IMG/VR virus record: IMGVR_UViG_3300009499_000114
Location: 14,579 to 78,578 of that record
Direction: 5' to 3' (one strand)
Length of the DNA stretch: 64,000 nucleotides
Source of the DNA: a virus
Positions 47,376 through 55,828 of the stretch are shown one piece after another; within the stretch, counting starts at the first letter, position 1, and each line of letters starts with the position of its first letter. A model generated the notes under the pieces. The model was not told the origin of the DNA, searched no databases, and was given only the letters and a program-made list of their open reading frames with translations. A program made the translations under genes and the position numbers.

Positions 47376-47406
47376 GATTAACTCCTTAGTTAACCATTAA
47401 TCTTCT

Positions 47407-47688
47407 TCAGTTTAGAATCCATGGAACATCCTCAGATCTTCTAATTCTACCATGTTGAAATTGACTGATATGCAATCCGGGTCTTGCATGCCCGCTCCCC
47501 ATGCCGATGATCTCGGAAAGATCGCTCATGAATAATTCGCAGTAGCGTGCACCGCCAATCACCCAAGCAGCAAAGTCACCACACGAAAAAGAGAAACAAC
47601 GCCGGTCAAATCGTGCATTGACTAATGGATTGGTCATCCCAACAATGATGACATTCTTATCCTTGTCAAGCGCTGCCCAATGTTTCAT
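47407..47688 (-). CDS. hypothetical protein
   Basis: AAGGA RBS; 93 aa. Confidence 0.55.
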   Translation of the reverse strand: MKHWAALDKDKNVIIVGMTNPLVNARFDRRCFSFSCGDFAAWVIGGARYCELFMSDLSEIIGMGSGHARPGLHISQFQHGRIRRSEDVPWILN

Positions 47689-47774
47689 GTCTAAGTCCTT
47701 TCTTGAAAGGTAAGGGGCGGGGAGGAGGTTGGCCCCGCCCCTGGACCCAAGGAGGAGGAAGATGAATTCAGTAA

Positions 47775-49388
47775 TCAGAACGGGCAGCCCCCGAATTCCT
47801 CGTAATCCCGCTCTTCTTCCCGCGCCAGTTCGTTCCTGGCCGTCCGCAGAGACGGGAAGAAATCGCCCGGCTCGCAGTCGTCGTCGGGCTCTGGCCGTGC
47901 CTCCGCGTACTTCGGCCCCCGGCGCACCGCCGCCCCGGCTTCCTGCTCGGGCAGGCCCAACCCGACGCCGACGCTCACCAGGTCCGCCTCGACGTCTTTC
48001 CAGTCCAGCCCAGCCCAGGGGGACATCGCCAGCGACGCCAGCGCCCTCGCCGTCTGGAACAGCGCGGTATTCCTGCCGCCCTCTGGTGTATCGCGCAGGA
48101 TGTCAAGTTCACTCTCAATGGCCTGCTCAACGTATTGTTCATAATCGCCAGGTGATGCGGCGCTGGCCTTCGGTCTATCATGCATAGTTTCCATCCTCTC
48201 CTCGTCCAGGGTCATCTCGCCCCGGCGCAGCCTTTCCAGGTTCACCGCGAATGCCTTCAGTCGGCTGACGCCGCCCGGCTTTCTTTCCTCTTCCTGGGTG
48301 ATGCGTTTTATCCGTTCCGCCAGGTAGGCGTCGGTGTAAAGCGCCCGCTTGACTGGTTTCTGGCCCGGCGGGGCCTCGAATTCTAGGACGGCGGGCTCGT
48401 CGCCCGGTTCGTCGTCTGTCAGTGCGGCGAAAATGGCATCGTAGGTGCTCATCGGTTCTTCTTCAGGCACAGATTCAGGCACTTCTTTCGGCAGGTTTTC
48501 ATTGTATATGCCCTGCTCGGCGTATTTTTTTCGTATATGGAGATTGTAGCCCGACCAGTCTATGTCACGCTCCCAGACGCGGGTCATCTCATATACGAAA
48601 AATCTTGTCCGATAGCCCCGTTCCGCCAAGTTTGCCTCGTAGAGTTCCATCCTCTCAGTCATCGCTAGGTGTAGGGTCTCCAGGTCCACGTCGATGTGGG
48701 CCGTGTGCAGGGTTGCCCGTTCCCAGCATTTGCGGTAGTCGTCCCGGCGCTGCGTCTCGCCTTTGCTGCCCGGCGGGGCCTGGACGACGATGCTCTTCAC
48801 GGTCACCAGTTTTGAGGGTCCGCGTTCCTCTTCTTCCTCGCCTTTCTCTTCCTTGACGGCGATTGCCGCGTATTGGCCTAATTTGCCCGAGATGTTCTTC
48901 CCTTTCGGTGTCTTGCCGATGGCGTCCCAGTCCAGGCCGTCCAGATCGTTAATCCACTCGCCCGGCCCGCCCTCCGCGGTGTGGATGATCTCGATCATGC
49001 CGTCCTCGCGGGGGAAGCGCCTATACTGGCCGCTCTTCAGCGTCTTGACGAGATCTTTGGCCTCGCTCTCTGTCACGGTGACGCGCTTCTTGCGCCCCGT
49101 CGCCAGTTCAAGTTGCATCTTTTCCTTGCCTATCCGCCTCGCCAGGCAGCGGGGGCAGTAGAGGTACAGGCCGCAGTCCTGGTAGTAGCCGTGCCACTCG
49201 CCGGTGAGCGGGCTGCACCTGTGGCGCAGCGCCCCGCAGTTGGCGAGCCGCCCATCCACGCCGGCGGGATGGGCCTCGCCGTCCTCGCCCACGACGTAGG
49301 CGTGCTTCTCGCTGCCCAGGTCCTGCTCGTCGCCGGGCAGGGGGACGGTGCGGGTCCCTTCGAGGAATGAGAGGAGTTCTGCTGGCAT
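47775..49388 (-). CDS. replication-associated protein with N-terminal Cys cluster and C-terminal PriCT-like domain
   Basis: CG..C..CPRC; GGRNTALFQTARALASL..GLPEQEA. Confidence 0.6.
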   Translation of the reverse strand: MPAELLSFLEGTRTVPLPGDEQDLGSEKHAYVVGEDGEAHPAGVDGRLANCGALRHRCSPLTGEWHGYYQDCGLYLYCPRCLARRIGKEKMQLELATGRKKRVTVTESEAKDLVKTLKSGQYRRFPREDGMIEIIHTAEGGPGEWINDLDGLDWDAIGKTPKGKNISGKLGQYAAIAVKEEKGEEEEERGPSKLVTVKSIVVQAPPGSKGETQRRDDYRKCWERATLHTAHIDVDLETLHLAMTERMELYEANLAERGYRTRFFVYEMTRVWERDIDWSGYNLHIRKKYAEQGIYNENLPKEVPESVPEEEPMSTYDAIFAALTDDEPGDEPAVLEFEAPPGQKPVKRALYTDAYLAERIKRITQEEERKPGGVSRLKAFAVNLERLRRGEMTLDEERMETMHDRPKASAASPGDYEQYVEQAIESELDILRDTPEGGRNTALFQTARALASLAMSPWAGLDWKDVEADLVSVGVGLGLPEQEAGAAVRRGPKYAEARPEPDDDCEPGDFFPSLRTARNELAREEERDYEEFGGCPF

Positions 49389-49485
49389 GGGGATTCTCCC
49401 TTATTTCCACCCCCTCCCGGCGGGGGCGAGTAGACGGACAAAGCACCAAAGATTTTCTTGCGTGCCCGCCGGGAGGGGGATGGCT

Positions 49486-49800
49486 TCATATACGAGAAAT
49501 CTGATGCTCTCTGACAGATAGTTCTTTCATCGGGCCTTTCCAGGCATCCCAAATTGGTGGAAAGAATTTCTTGACTAAGTTTTCAAAGCCATCCGATTTG
49601 ATGTCGTCAATCCCACGTGCAAAGGCTTTCCATTTTCTGTCTTGCTCAATGATAATGGCAATCATGGCTTCATTGCTTTTGGCATGGCGCATCTCTGCAA
49701 TTTCTTCTATCTCAGCTATGAATGAATTTGCAATACTAACTAGAACTTCGCCAGTCGGATTAGCATTAAATTCTACTATATAGTCTTTGGCTTTCTTCAT
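49486..49800 (-). CDS. hypothetical protein
   Basis: AAAGGA RBS; 104 aa. Confidence 0.6.
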   Translation of the reverse strand: MKKAKDYIVEFNANPTGEVLVSIANSFIAEIEEIAEMRHAKSNEAMIAIIIEQDRKWKAFARGIDDIKSDGFENLVKKFFPPIWDAWKGPMKELSVREHQISRI

Positions 49801-50017
49801 TTGGCTTCCTTTCTATCAAGATTTCCCGGCAGGCAGTCTGGCTAGACATTCTAAAATACCCAGTCTGCTTTTACCTATCGTGCAGTGTCCACTGCCTGCC
49901 GGGATTGCCGGTCGGTGTCTGACATAGTGCGCCAGCCCTTACCGTTCCCGTCCCTTACGGCACCCGTTATCGCTGGCATGACCGGCTTAGCTACTTATAA
50001 TTATTCTCATGAGCAAT

Positions 50018-50737
50018 TTATGTTCTTAACGACAATTCCATCTGGGACATTTCCATCCGCGTCTTTTCGATTCGCGCGTTCGCCAATCTCACATAGTCGG
50101 GGTTGACGTCGCAGCCATAGAAGTGGTGGTTAAGTTTGAGGGCGGCGACAGCAGTCGTGCCAGAACCGATGAAGGGATCAAAGACAATTATGTTCTCTGG
50201 CATTTCTGATGTTGCTATTGTTCTGGAAACAAGCTCTTCTGGCTTCTCCGCAGGATGTCCGTTAGGCCGTGCTGATGTCCACTTACAAGACCATATATCA
50301 CTTATTGATCTATCCTCTATATAGAACCCTGACTTAGCTGCCATTGCGATCAACTCATAATTTTGCCTAAGTCCCCGAGTGCTCCCTACGCCGGGCCACT
50401 GTTTATCCCATACAACCACTGAGGTTAGGAACATTCCTGAGACGTAACTGGTAGCACACTGAACTACCGGCAAAGAGTGCCAACTACAAAATGTCCAAAG
50501 AGCCCCGGTATCTTTCAAGATGCGCCACACCTCACGATACCAGAGGGAAAACCATTTCGCTGCGTTATTTATGTCTGCCCATCCCATAGCCTTATTAGAA
50601 GATCGTCTAGAACTTGCGGAAGCTAAGCTATAAGGCGGATCAGTCACCACCAGATCTACGCACCCGTCCGGCATCCCCGCCATCACGTCCAGGCAGTCGC
50701 CTACCACGACAGTATCAAGCTCAAACGAAAAATCCAT
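50018..50737 (-). CDS. beta-class amino-DNA methyltransferase (DPPY)
   Basis: VTDPPY..HPAEKP..FDPFIGSGTT. Confidence 0.92.
   Translation of the reverse strand: MDFSFELDTVVVGDCLDVMAGMPDGCVDLVVTDPPYSLASASSRRSSNKAMGWADINNAAKWFSLWYREVWRILKDTGALWTFCSWHSLPVVQCATSYVSGMFLTSVVVWDKQWPGVGSTRGLRQNYELIAMAAKSGFYIEDRSISDIWSCKWTSARPNGHPAEKPEELVSRTIATSEMPENIIVFDPFIGSGTTAVAALKLNHHFYGCDVNPDYVRLANARIEKTRMEMSQMELSLRT
50637..50698. repeat. 62-bp inverted copy of 27212-27273 (2 mismatches)
   Basis: Direct comparison of the two MTase 5' segments. Confidence 0.9.
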
Positions 50738-51133
50738 GAATTATCCCCTTTGTAAAATGTATGCCTGCCCACAGCGCCCCGTCCTGGTCGGCGTTAGAAC
50801 CACTCATTACAAGTACGCTTCCGCCTCGTTGTCCCCCGCCTGTAGCCAAACAGTATCTCATTTACTGTCATCGTCGCGTAGGGCACGGTTCCTGTGCGCT
50901 CCTGCTGGCATAATAGGAGTGGGCGCATCGCAGGCTTGTCCAAGTCCACAAAAAAATACTCCCCAAGAAGCAGGCCCCGGACAGTAGACTTTTCACCGGG
51001 GTGGCAGGCCCGGTAGGTATGATAGGGCCTGCTTCTTGAAGAGCATTTGAAAAACTGTTATTCTAATTTTCACGCCTACTGTCCTTTGCTAAAGCGGTTT
51101 GCCAGGCCGCACGCGGCATCTGCCGCCAGGGAC

Positions 51134-51162
51134 ACTATACCACAATCCCAGCGCGTTGTCAA
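51134..51162 (-). promoter_or_regulatory. sigma70 promoter
   Basis: TTGACA-17bp-TATAGT with extended -10 TG. Confidence 0.8.
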
Positions 51163-51163
51163 A

Positions 51164-51487
51164 TCAGTTCACGAGCTTGTGGCACCACGCCTGGCCCTTG
51201 CACCGGCAGCCGATGACCACGTAGGATCCTATTCGCAGAAGCTTGCCCGACTTCGAGCAAGTCGTGGCGGGCATGTAGTCGTAGACGTTGTCACGGCACG
51301 AATAGTCGCACCAGCACAGGGGTGTTCTCCCTGGAGGGTTCACCATCCGCGTCTCCGTCAGCCGTCCCGCGCACGCGGGGTAGTCCGGGCGCCCCCAGTC
51401 GCAGGCGGGTGCTTCCGGCGCGGCGGCGGTGAGCGTGGCGGCGAGCAGGAGCAGTGTCAGCGTCAACCACGGTTTTGATTTCATCAT
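51164..51487 (-). CDS. small secreted Cys-rich protein
   Basis: Signal peptide (WLTLTLLLLAATLTAAA) and 8 Cys in the mature part. Confidence 0.6.
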   Translation of the reverse strand: MMKSKPWLTLTLLLLAATLTAAAPEAPACDWGRPDYPACAGRLTETRMVNPPGRTPLCWCDYSCRDNVYDYMPATTCSKSGKLLRIGSYVVIGCRCKGQAWCHKLVN

Positions 51488-51497
51488 GTACCCCTTT

Positions 51498-51752
51498 CTA
51501 GGTCTTGTCTTTGGCCTTCAGACGTTTCTCCAGTTTCCGCGTGCAGGGCGCACAATCATCTGGTGACGTCCAATCAGGCGGATTCAATCCAACGCTTCCC
51601 CCTAGCCAACCCCAGCGTCCGCATAGGCTCTTGAAGTCAACAAAATAATGCGCCTTCCGTGCATTTGATGGGAAGCCCCAACCTTCTTGTATTTCCACTC
51701 CCTTTCCTCCTTTCAAGGATGCCCCCGGCGGCCCCGGATTCCGCTTCCGCAC
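51498..51752 (-). CDS. hypothetical protein (start likely near 51698)
   Basis: KAHYF..SLCG..CAPC. Confidence 0.55.
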   Translation of the reverse strand: MRKRNPGPPGASLKGGKGVEIQEGWGFPSNARKAHYFVDFKSLCGRWGWLGGSVGLNPPDWTSPDDCAPCTRKLEKRLKAKDKT

Positions 51753-51845
51753 TCTGGTGAGCGACGGGTCGCCGGGGGCAATTCGGTTGTCACGCGCCGC
51801 TCACCCGTGTCCCGATTCGGGGATCACCTGGCGTACAGCGGTGCT

Positions 51846-52427
51846 TCACTGAACGAGTTCAAACTTGAGCGCCCACACTTCAGGGTTATCGGCCCAGCGG
51901 GTGCCAGGTTTCTTGTTGATGCTGTCCCAAAGCACTTCAAATTGCTTCTTTGGGAAATATATCAAGTCCGTCGAATTTGGCGGAGGAATTGCAGAGCTAC
52001 CCAATTCTTGATAGGCGTCTTCTTCAGAGACATTCTGCAACCGTTCTCGTCTGATGTCCGTAATCCGGATGCGCGCTTCTATATAGCCGTGTTCCAGCAT
52101 CCAGCGTTTTACTTTCGGTCCCCAGGTTGCCCTAACACCGTCCGTCTTTTGCAGATACTCGTCAAGTGGTGTGAGGGTAGTCGTCCCGTCCGGCCGCCAC
52201 CAAATTGCAGGCTTGCCGCGTCCGGGTTGGACGGCATAGGTATGACCAACAGCCCACTTTTCGCGTGAGTTCAGATAAGGGTATTTGCCAGCGAAAGCAA
52301 AACCACCATCAATGTATACTGTTAACTTGTCATCAGGCCCAGATTGTATGAATTCGCCTTCCTTCACCAATCGCCGGGTCTGCGTCTTGGTGCCGTCAAG
52401 CACTTGCTCATACTGTTTGAATATCAT
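51846..52427 (-). CDS. ASCH-domain protein
   Basis: VLDGTKTQTRR..IRITDIRRERLQ..EEDA..NPEVW. Confidence 0.85.
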   Translation of the reverse strand: MIFKQYEQVLDGTKTQTRRLVKEGEFIQSGPDDKLTVYIDGGFAFAGKYPYLNSREKWAVGHTYAVQPGRGKPAIWWRPDGTTTLTPLDEYLQKTDGVRATWGPKVKRWMLEHGYIEARIRITDIRRERLQNVSEEDAYQELGSSAIPPPNSTDLIYFPKKQFEVLWDSINKKPGTRWADNPEVWALKFELVQ

Positions 52428-52437
52428 CTTGTTTCCC

Positions 52438-52695
52438 CTACTCTGCTAGTTCTTTAAGGGCAATAAAGGCCGTGTTCAATTCCAGCGGGCCGCCCTCACA
52501 CTCGTAGCCGCACGACTCCAATTGCTCAACGATTGCCTTCAGTGCGTACTTCGCCAAATTGCGTTGAGGGAAAAGGGCTGCTACCCTGTAGCAGAATTCT
52601 CTTTGCTCCCCCAGGGTTTTGAATTCGTAATCCGTCAGGATGTGAAAGATCTCAAATTCAAGTGAATCTTTTGGCTCAAATATTTTATCCGTCAC
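52438..52695 (-). CDS. hypothetical protein
   Basis: 85 aa; YECEGGPL motif. Confidence 0.55.
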   Translation of the reverse strand: MTDKIFEPKDSLEFEIFHILTDYEFKTLGEQREFCYRVAALFPQRNLAKYALKAIVEQLESCGYECEGGPLELNTAFIALKELAE

Positions 52696-52909
52696 GGTTC
52701 ATTCTCCAGTGGACAGGTTCGGTCCCGTACGATGTCCGTATCCGGAGTGTGAATTTTGGCGTGGGCGTCGGGACGGGCGTCGGCTTGGGGCGGTACTTCG
52801 GCCGCCTCTTCTTGCGGAAGAAGTACCTGGTCGGGTCGTCGCCGCCACAGCCGAGGGTTGCGGCCAGGAGACCGCCGAGTGCCAGCTTGATGAAGTTTTG
52901 TCTGGTCAT
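52685..52909 (-). CDS. small Tat-like lipoprotein
   Basis: MTRQNFIKLALGGLLAATLGC followed by PTPVPTPTP. Confidence 0.55.
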   Translation of the reverse strand: MTRQNFIKLALGGLLAATLGCGGDDPTRYFFRKKRRPKYRPKPTPVPTPTPKFTLRIRTSYGTEPVHWRMNRDG

Positions 52910-52947
52910 ATCAATTCTCTCCAGTGAATAAGTCTACCAAGCAAGAT

Positions 52948-53610
52948 TTACAATAGTTCTATGAGTTCCCTTATCTGCTGCTCCGTAAAGTGTTGCCTGA
53001 TGCTACGAGCGGCGCGTTCGGGGTCCAGGGGGATAGTAATGGACTTGATGCGAAAGCCCGCCTCAATAGCAGCAGCATTGGCTGATAATTCATTAGCTAT
53101 TACCTTTTCAGCTAAGTCGGGTCGGTCACGCTTGAGGCGGCGGATGGTATAATTAGCTTCAGTGCCATAGTCTAGCTTTACACTATTATTTAACCTTATA
53201 TTATCAGGTTTAATAAATTGGTTAAGTTGCAAATCGGGTCTGCCTGGCTCGGCCATCTTCGGGTGAAGCAAATCTGTCACTACTCGTCGCATGTTGTCCA
53301 TCCGCTCGGCAATCTTGCTATCAAACCGTTCTTTGCGTTCATACTGGTGCTTCAATTTGATGAGTGTCTTTAGATCATCAATTGCCAGTCCGATACCATC
53401 TGGATATGGTCGCTCAACAAATTCAAAAAAGGTTAATGAGTTTCCTTCCCCGTTAGTCAATTTCTCCCAAACGTTTATCTCAATAGCCTGCGCCAATAGC
53501 TCAAGTAACTGACTCGGATTGCCGCCATCATGCTGAGTTTCTACGTAAAGTTGCATGCGCAATCGTTCTTCTTTTGTCAAATTGGCGATGCTAACAGTTT
53601 CAGTTTTCAT
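52948..53610 (-). CDS. putative DNA-binding partner of the HNH-helicase
   Basis: TAATG coupling; RRLKRDRPDLAEKV..SANAAAIEAGFR. Confidence 0.65.
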   Translation of the reverse strand: MKTETVSIANLTKEERLRMQLYVETQHDGGNPSQLLELLAQAIEINVWEKLTNGEGNSLTFFEFVERPYPDGIGLAIDDLKTLIKLKHQYERKERFDSKIAERMDNMRRVVTDLLHPKMAEPGRPDLQLNQFIKPDNIRLNNSVKLDYGTEANYTIRRLKRDRPDLAEKVIANELSANAAAIEAGFRIKSITIPLDPERAARSIRQHFTEQQIRELIELL

Positions 53611-55589
53611 TAATGCTTTTTCCTCTGATTTAATTGTTCATCAAGCGATGGTTCAAAAACTTTTTGTATCCATTTAATACTTTCTTCAATTTCTTCCAAT
53701 CCAGCTTTTTTGATAGTAAGCCGTCCAAAATGGCTATTACATTCTGTATATGTAAGACCATATTGGATCTCCTCATTGCCCTGAATTTCGGCAAGTTTTC
53801 TATCGCAGCGCCTTGCCATCTTACTCAATTCTCTCCGTGCCTTTTCTTCTCTCTCCTTGGCTGTCAATTCTTCACGTTTTTTAACAGGCATCCTAGGTAT
53901 ACCTATGCCTAACTTCTCGGCAGCACTAGGAACTGATTCCCCCATGTCTCTAAATAATCTACCGAGTTCTGTACGTGGGGAGGCAGTCATTTGATATTTG
54001 GCCTGAATTTGTTCCACTATCGGCAGTTCTACGATGTTCAGATCACCGTCAGGATTCATACCCTGTGCTCTTCTGTTTGTTACTTCTCCGCCATAGGTAA
54101 ATCCAATCGGTCTTTGCTCACTACTACCTAGTAACTTATGCTGTTGTTGTCCTCTTTCCCTAAGCCCTCTTTCACTCTCTTTCCGCTTTTCCTCCACGTA
54201 TTTAGCCATTTGAGGATCATCGGGGACTATAGCATATAAGACTTGTTTCTCTATTGGAATATCTGGCATGATTCGCATACCACGTGCAAAAAATTGATCA
54301 AGGAATCCGTAATCCCTAAAATCGGATAACATTAGAACAACTGATATCGGTTTATGATCATACCCGATATAAGCCATCCTAACAGTAATCAAAATATCAT
54401 GACCACCACGCTTGAATTGTTTTAGATTTTTTTGGGATCTCTGTTCATCTGATACCGCTATAAGAGCCTTTATCCCAGGATGATATTTCTTGATATATCT
54501 TAAAATCTTCCTAGCTTGTTCTTGCCCATGTGCGCCTATTAATCCACATAAGCGCGGATCAATTTGTTGTTGTACCTCGTGCACTCTCTTTATTACCATA
54601 TCTACCATAGTAGACCAGAATCCCTCATCTTCTAAAACACGGTATAAATTCTTTTCCATTTCTGATATTCGCAACAGTTCTTCAGATCCTCCCAGATACT
54701 CGTGGATTGCTGTACCATCGGCTAGTTCATATTCAAATGGACGAAGATAGCTCTCAGTAACTCCTTCCAAATAGGTAGCACTTACATCCGGTTCTAGGTG
54801 CCTTATTCCTTCATCGTCTGGATCAGTATAGTTTGCAAATAACAAAGGGTTACCATCACTTCTATAGGGTGTCCCGGTAACTACTTGAATATATTTTACA
54901 TGTTCAGATATATTAGCAATGTAATCCGCTGCCTTTGTCCCCCCTGAACCTTCATGAGTTCCTAACCCTTGTGCCTCATCTACGATAAGCATTGATCGTG
55001 GGTGCCTCTTAGCAAATTCAATGTGCAATTTAGGATTAAAAACTAATGAGGCATATGTTGTAACGTAGCCAAATGCACCGTCTCTCAATAATGGAGGTTC
55101 ATTGTCTCGATGTGTAATGGAGGACATTTTAGGATTACTGTACCATTCTGATTGATATTCTTTCCAATCAAGTTCAAATTGCCGGCATAGATTGAGACGT
55201 GGTACAAATACCATACACGTATCAATTAATCCACGGCGAAACATCTCATTAGCTACATGTAATACAGCTAGAGTTTTGCCACTTCCAGGATGGACATCAG
55301 CAACGACAACTTTTTCATCACTCTCAAACTTATTTAGAGCTGTCATGGCATATCTTGCTTGAAAACGTCGTAAAATAACAGTGTCTTTCATTAATGTACC
55401 TCCTTTTTTAAGATTGCACTTTGGGCAAAGTGCCTGTGCATTGTCCAGTGAAGTCTCTCCACCTTGTGAGAACGGATGTATATGATCAGCGTGCCAGCCT
55501 GGTAATAGCTCCTCACCGCAACCGGTGCACTTGCCATCAGCTTCGATGTATAAGTCAATTCGATGTGATCTGTTAAATCGTCTACTCAT
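53610..55589 (-). CDS. HNH endonuclease-SF2 helicase fusion
   Basis: CTGC..HADHIHPFSQGG..NAQALCPKCN; PGSGKT; DEAQ; TGTP; QFFARGMR. Confidence 0.9.
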   Translation of the reverse strand: MSRRFNRSHRIDLYIEADGKCTGCGEELLPGWHADHIHPFSQGGETSLDNAQALCPKCNLKKGGTLMKDTVILRRFQARYAMTALNKFESDEKVVVADVHPGSGKTLAVLHVANEMFRRGLIDTCMVFVPRLNLCRQFELDWKEYQSEWYSNPKMSSITHRDNEPPLLRDGAFGYVTTYASLVFNPKLHIEFAKRHPRSMLIVDEAQGLGTHEGSGGTKAADYIANISEHVKYIQVVTGTPYRSDGNPLLFANYTDPDDEGIRHLEPDVSATYLEGVTESYLRPFEYELADGTAIHEYLGGSEELLRISEMEKNLYRVLEDEGFWSTMVDMVIKRVHEVQQQIDPRLCGLIGAHGQEQARKILRYIKKYHPGIKALIAVSDEQRSQKNLKQFKRGGHDILITVRMAYIGYDHKPISVVLMLSDFRDYGFLDQFFARGMRIMPDIPIEKQVLYAIVPDDPQMAKYVEEKRKESERGLRERGQQQHKLLGSSEQRPIGFTYGGEVTNRRAQGMNPDGDLNIVELPIVEQIQAKYQMTASPRTELGRLFRDMGESVPSAAEKLGIGIPRMPVKKREELTAKEREEKARRELSKMARRCDRKLAEIQGNEEIQYGLTYTECNSHFGRLTIKKAGLEEIEESIKWIQKVFEPSLDEQLNQRKKH

Positions 55590-55797
55590 TAGTTCTTGCT
55601 CCCGGTCCGTAGTCTACACGAAAAAAAGCTCGGCATTTTGCAGACTTCCACGGGGGTTTCTGGAGATAATCCAAGGGGCAGCTTGGTTATCTGACGAAGA
55701 CAGAAAACAAGTGTAGTAGTCGTGGATGTGAAAGCCTGCAAAATGCCGAGTTTTCGATTCTTATTTTTTATCTTCATCTTACTGCCCCTACCGTTAC

Positions 55798-55826
55798 ATT
55801 ATATCATCGCTTGCCAGGCTTGTCAA
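55798..55826 (-). promoter_or_regulatory. consensus sigma70 promoter of the HNH-helicase moron
   Basis: TTGACA-17bp-TATAAT with extended -10; overlapped by the palindrome GCTTG-N10-CAAGC. Confidence 0.85.
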
Positions 55827-55828
55827 GC

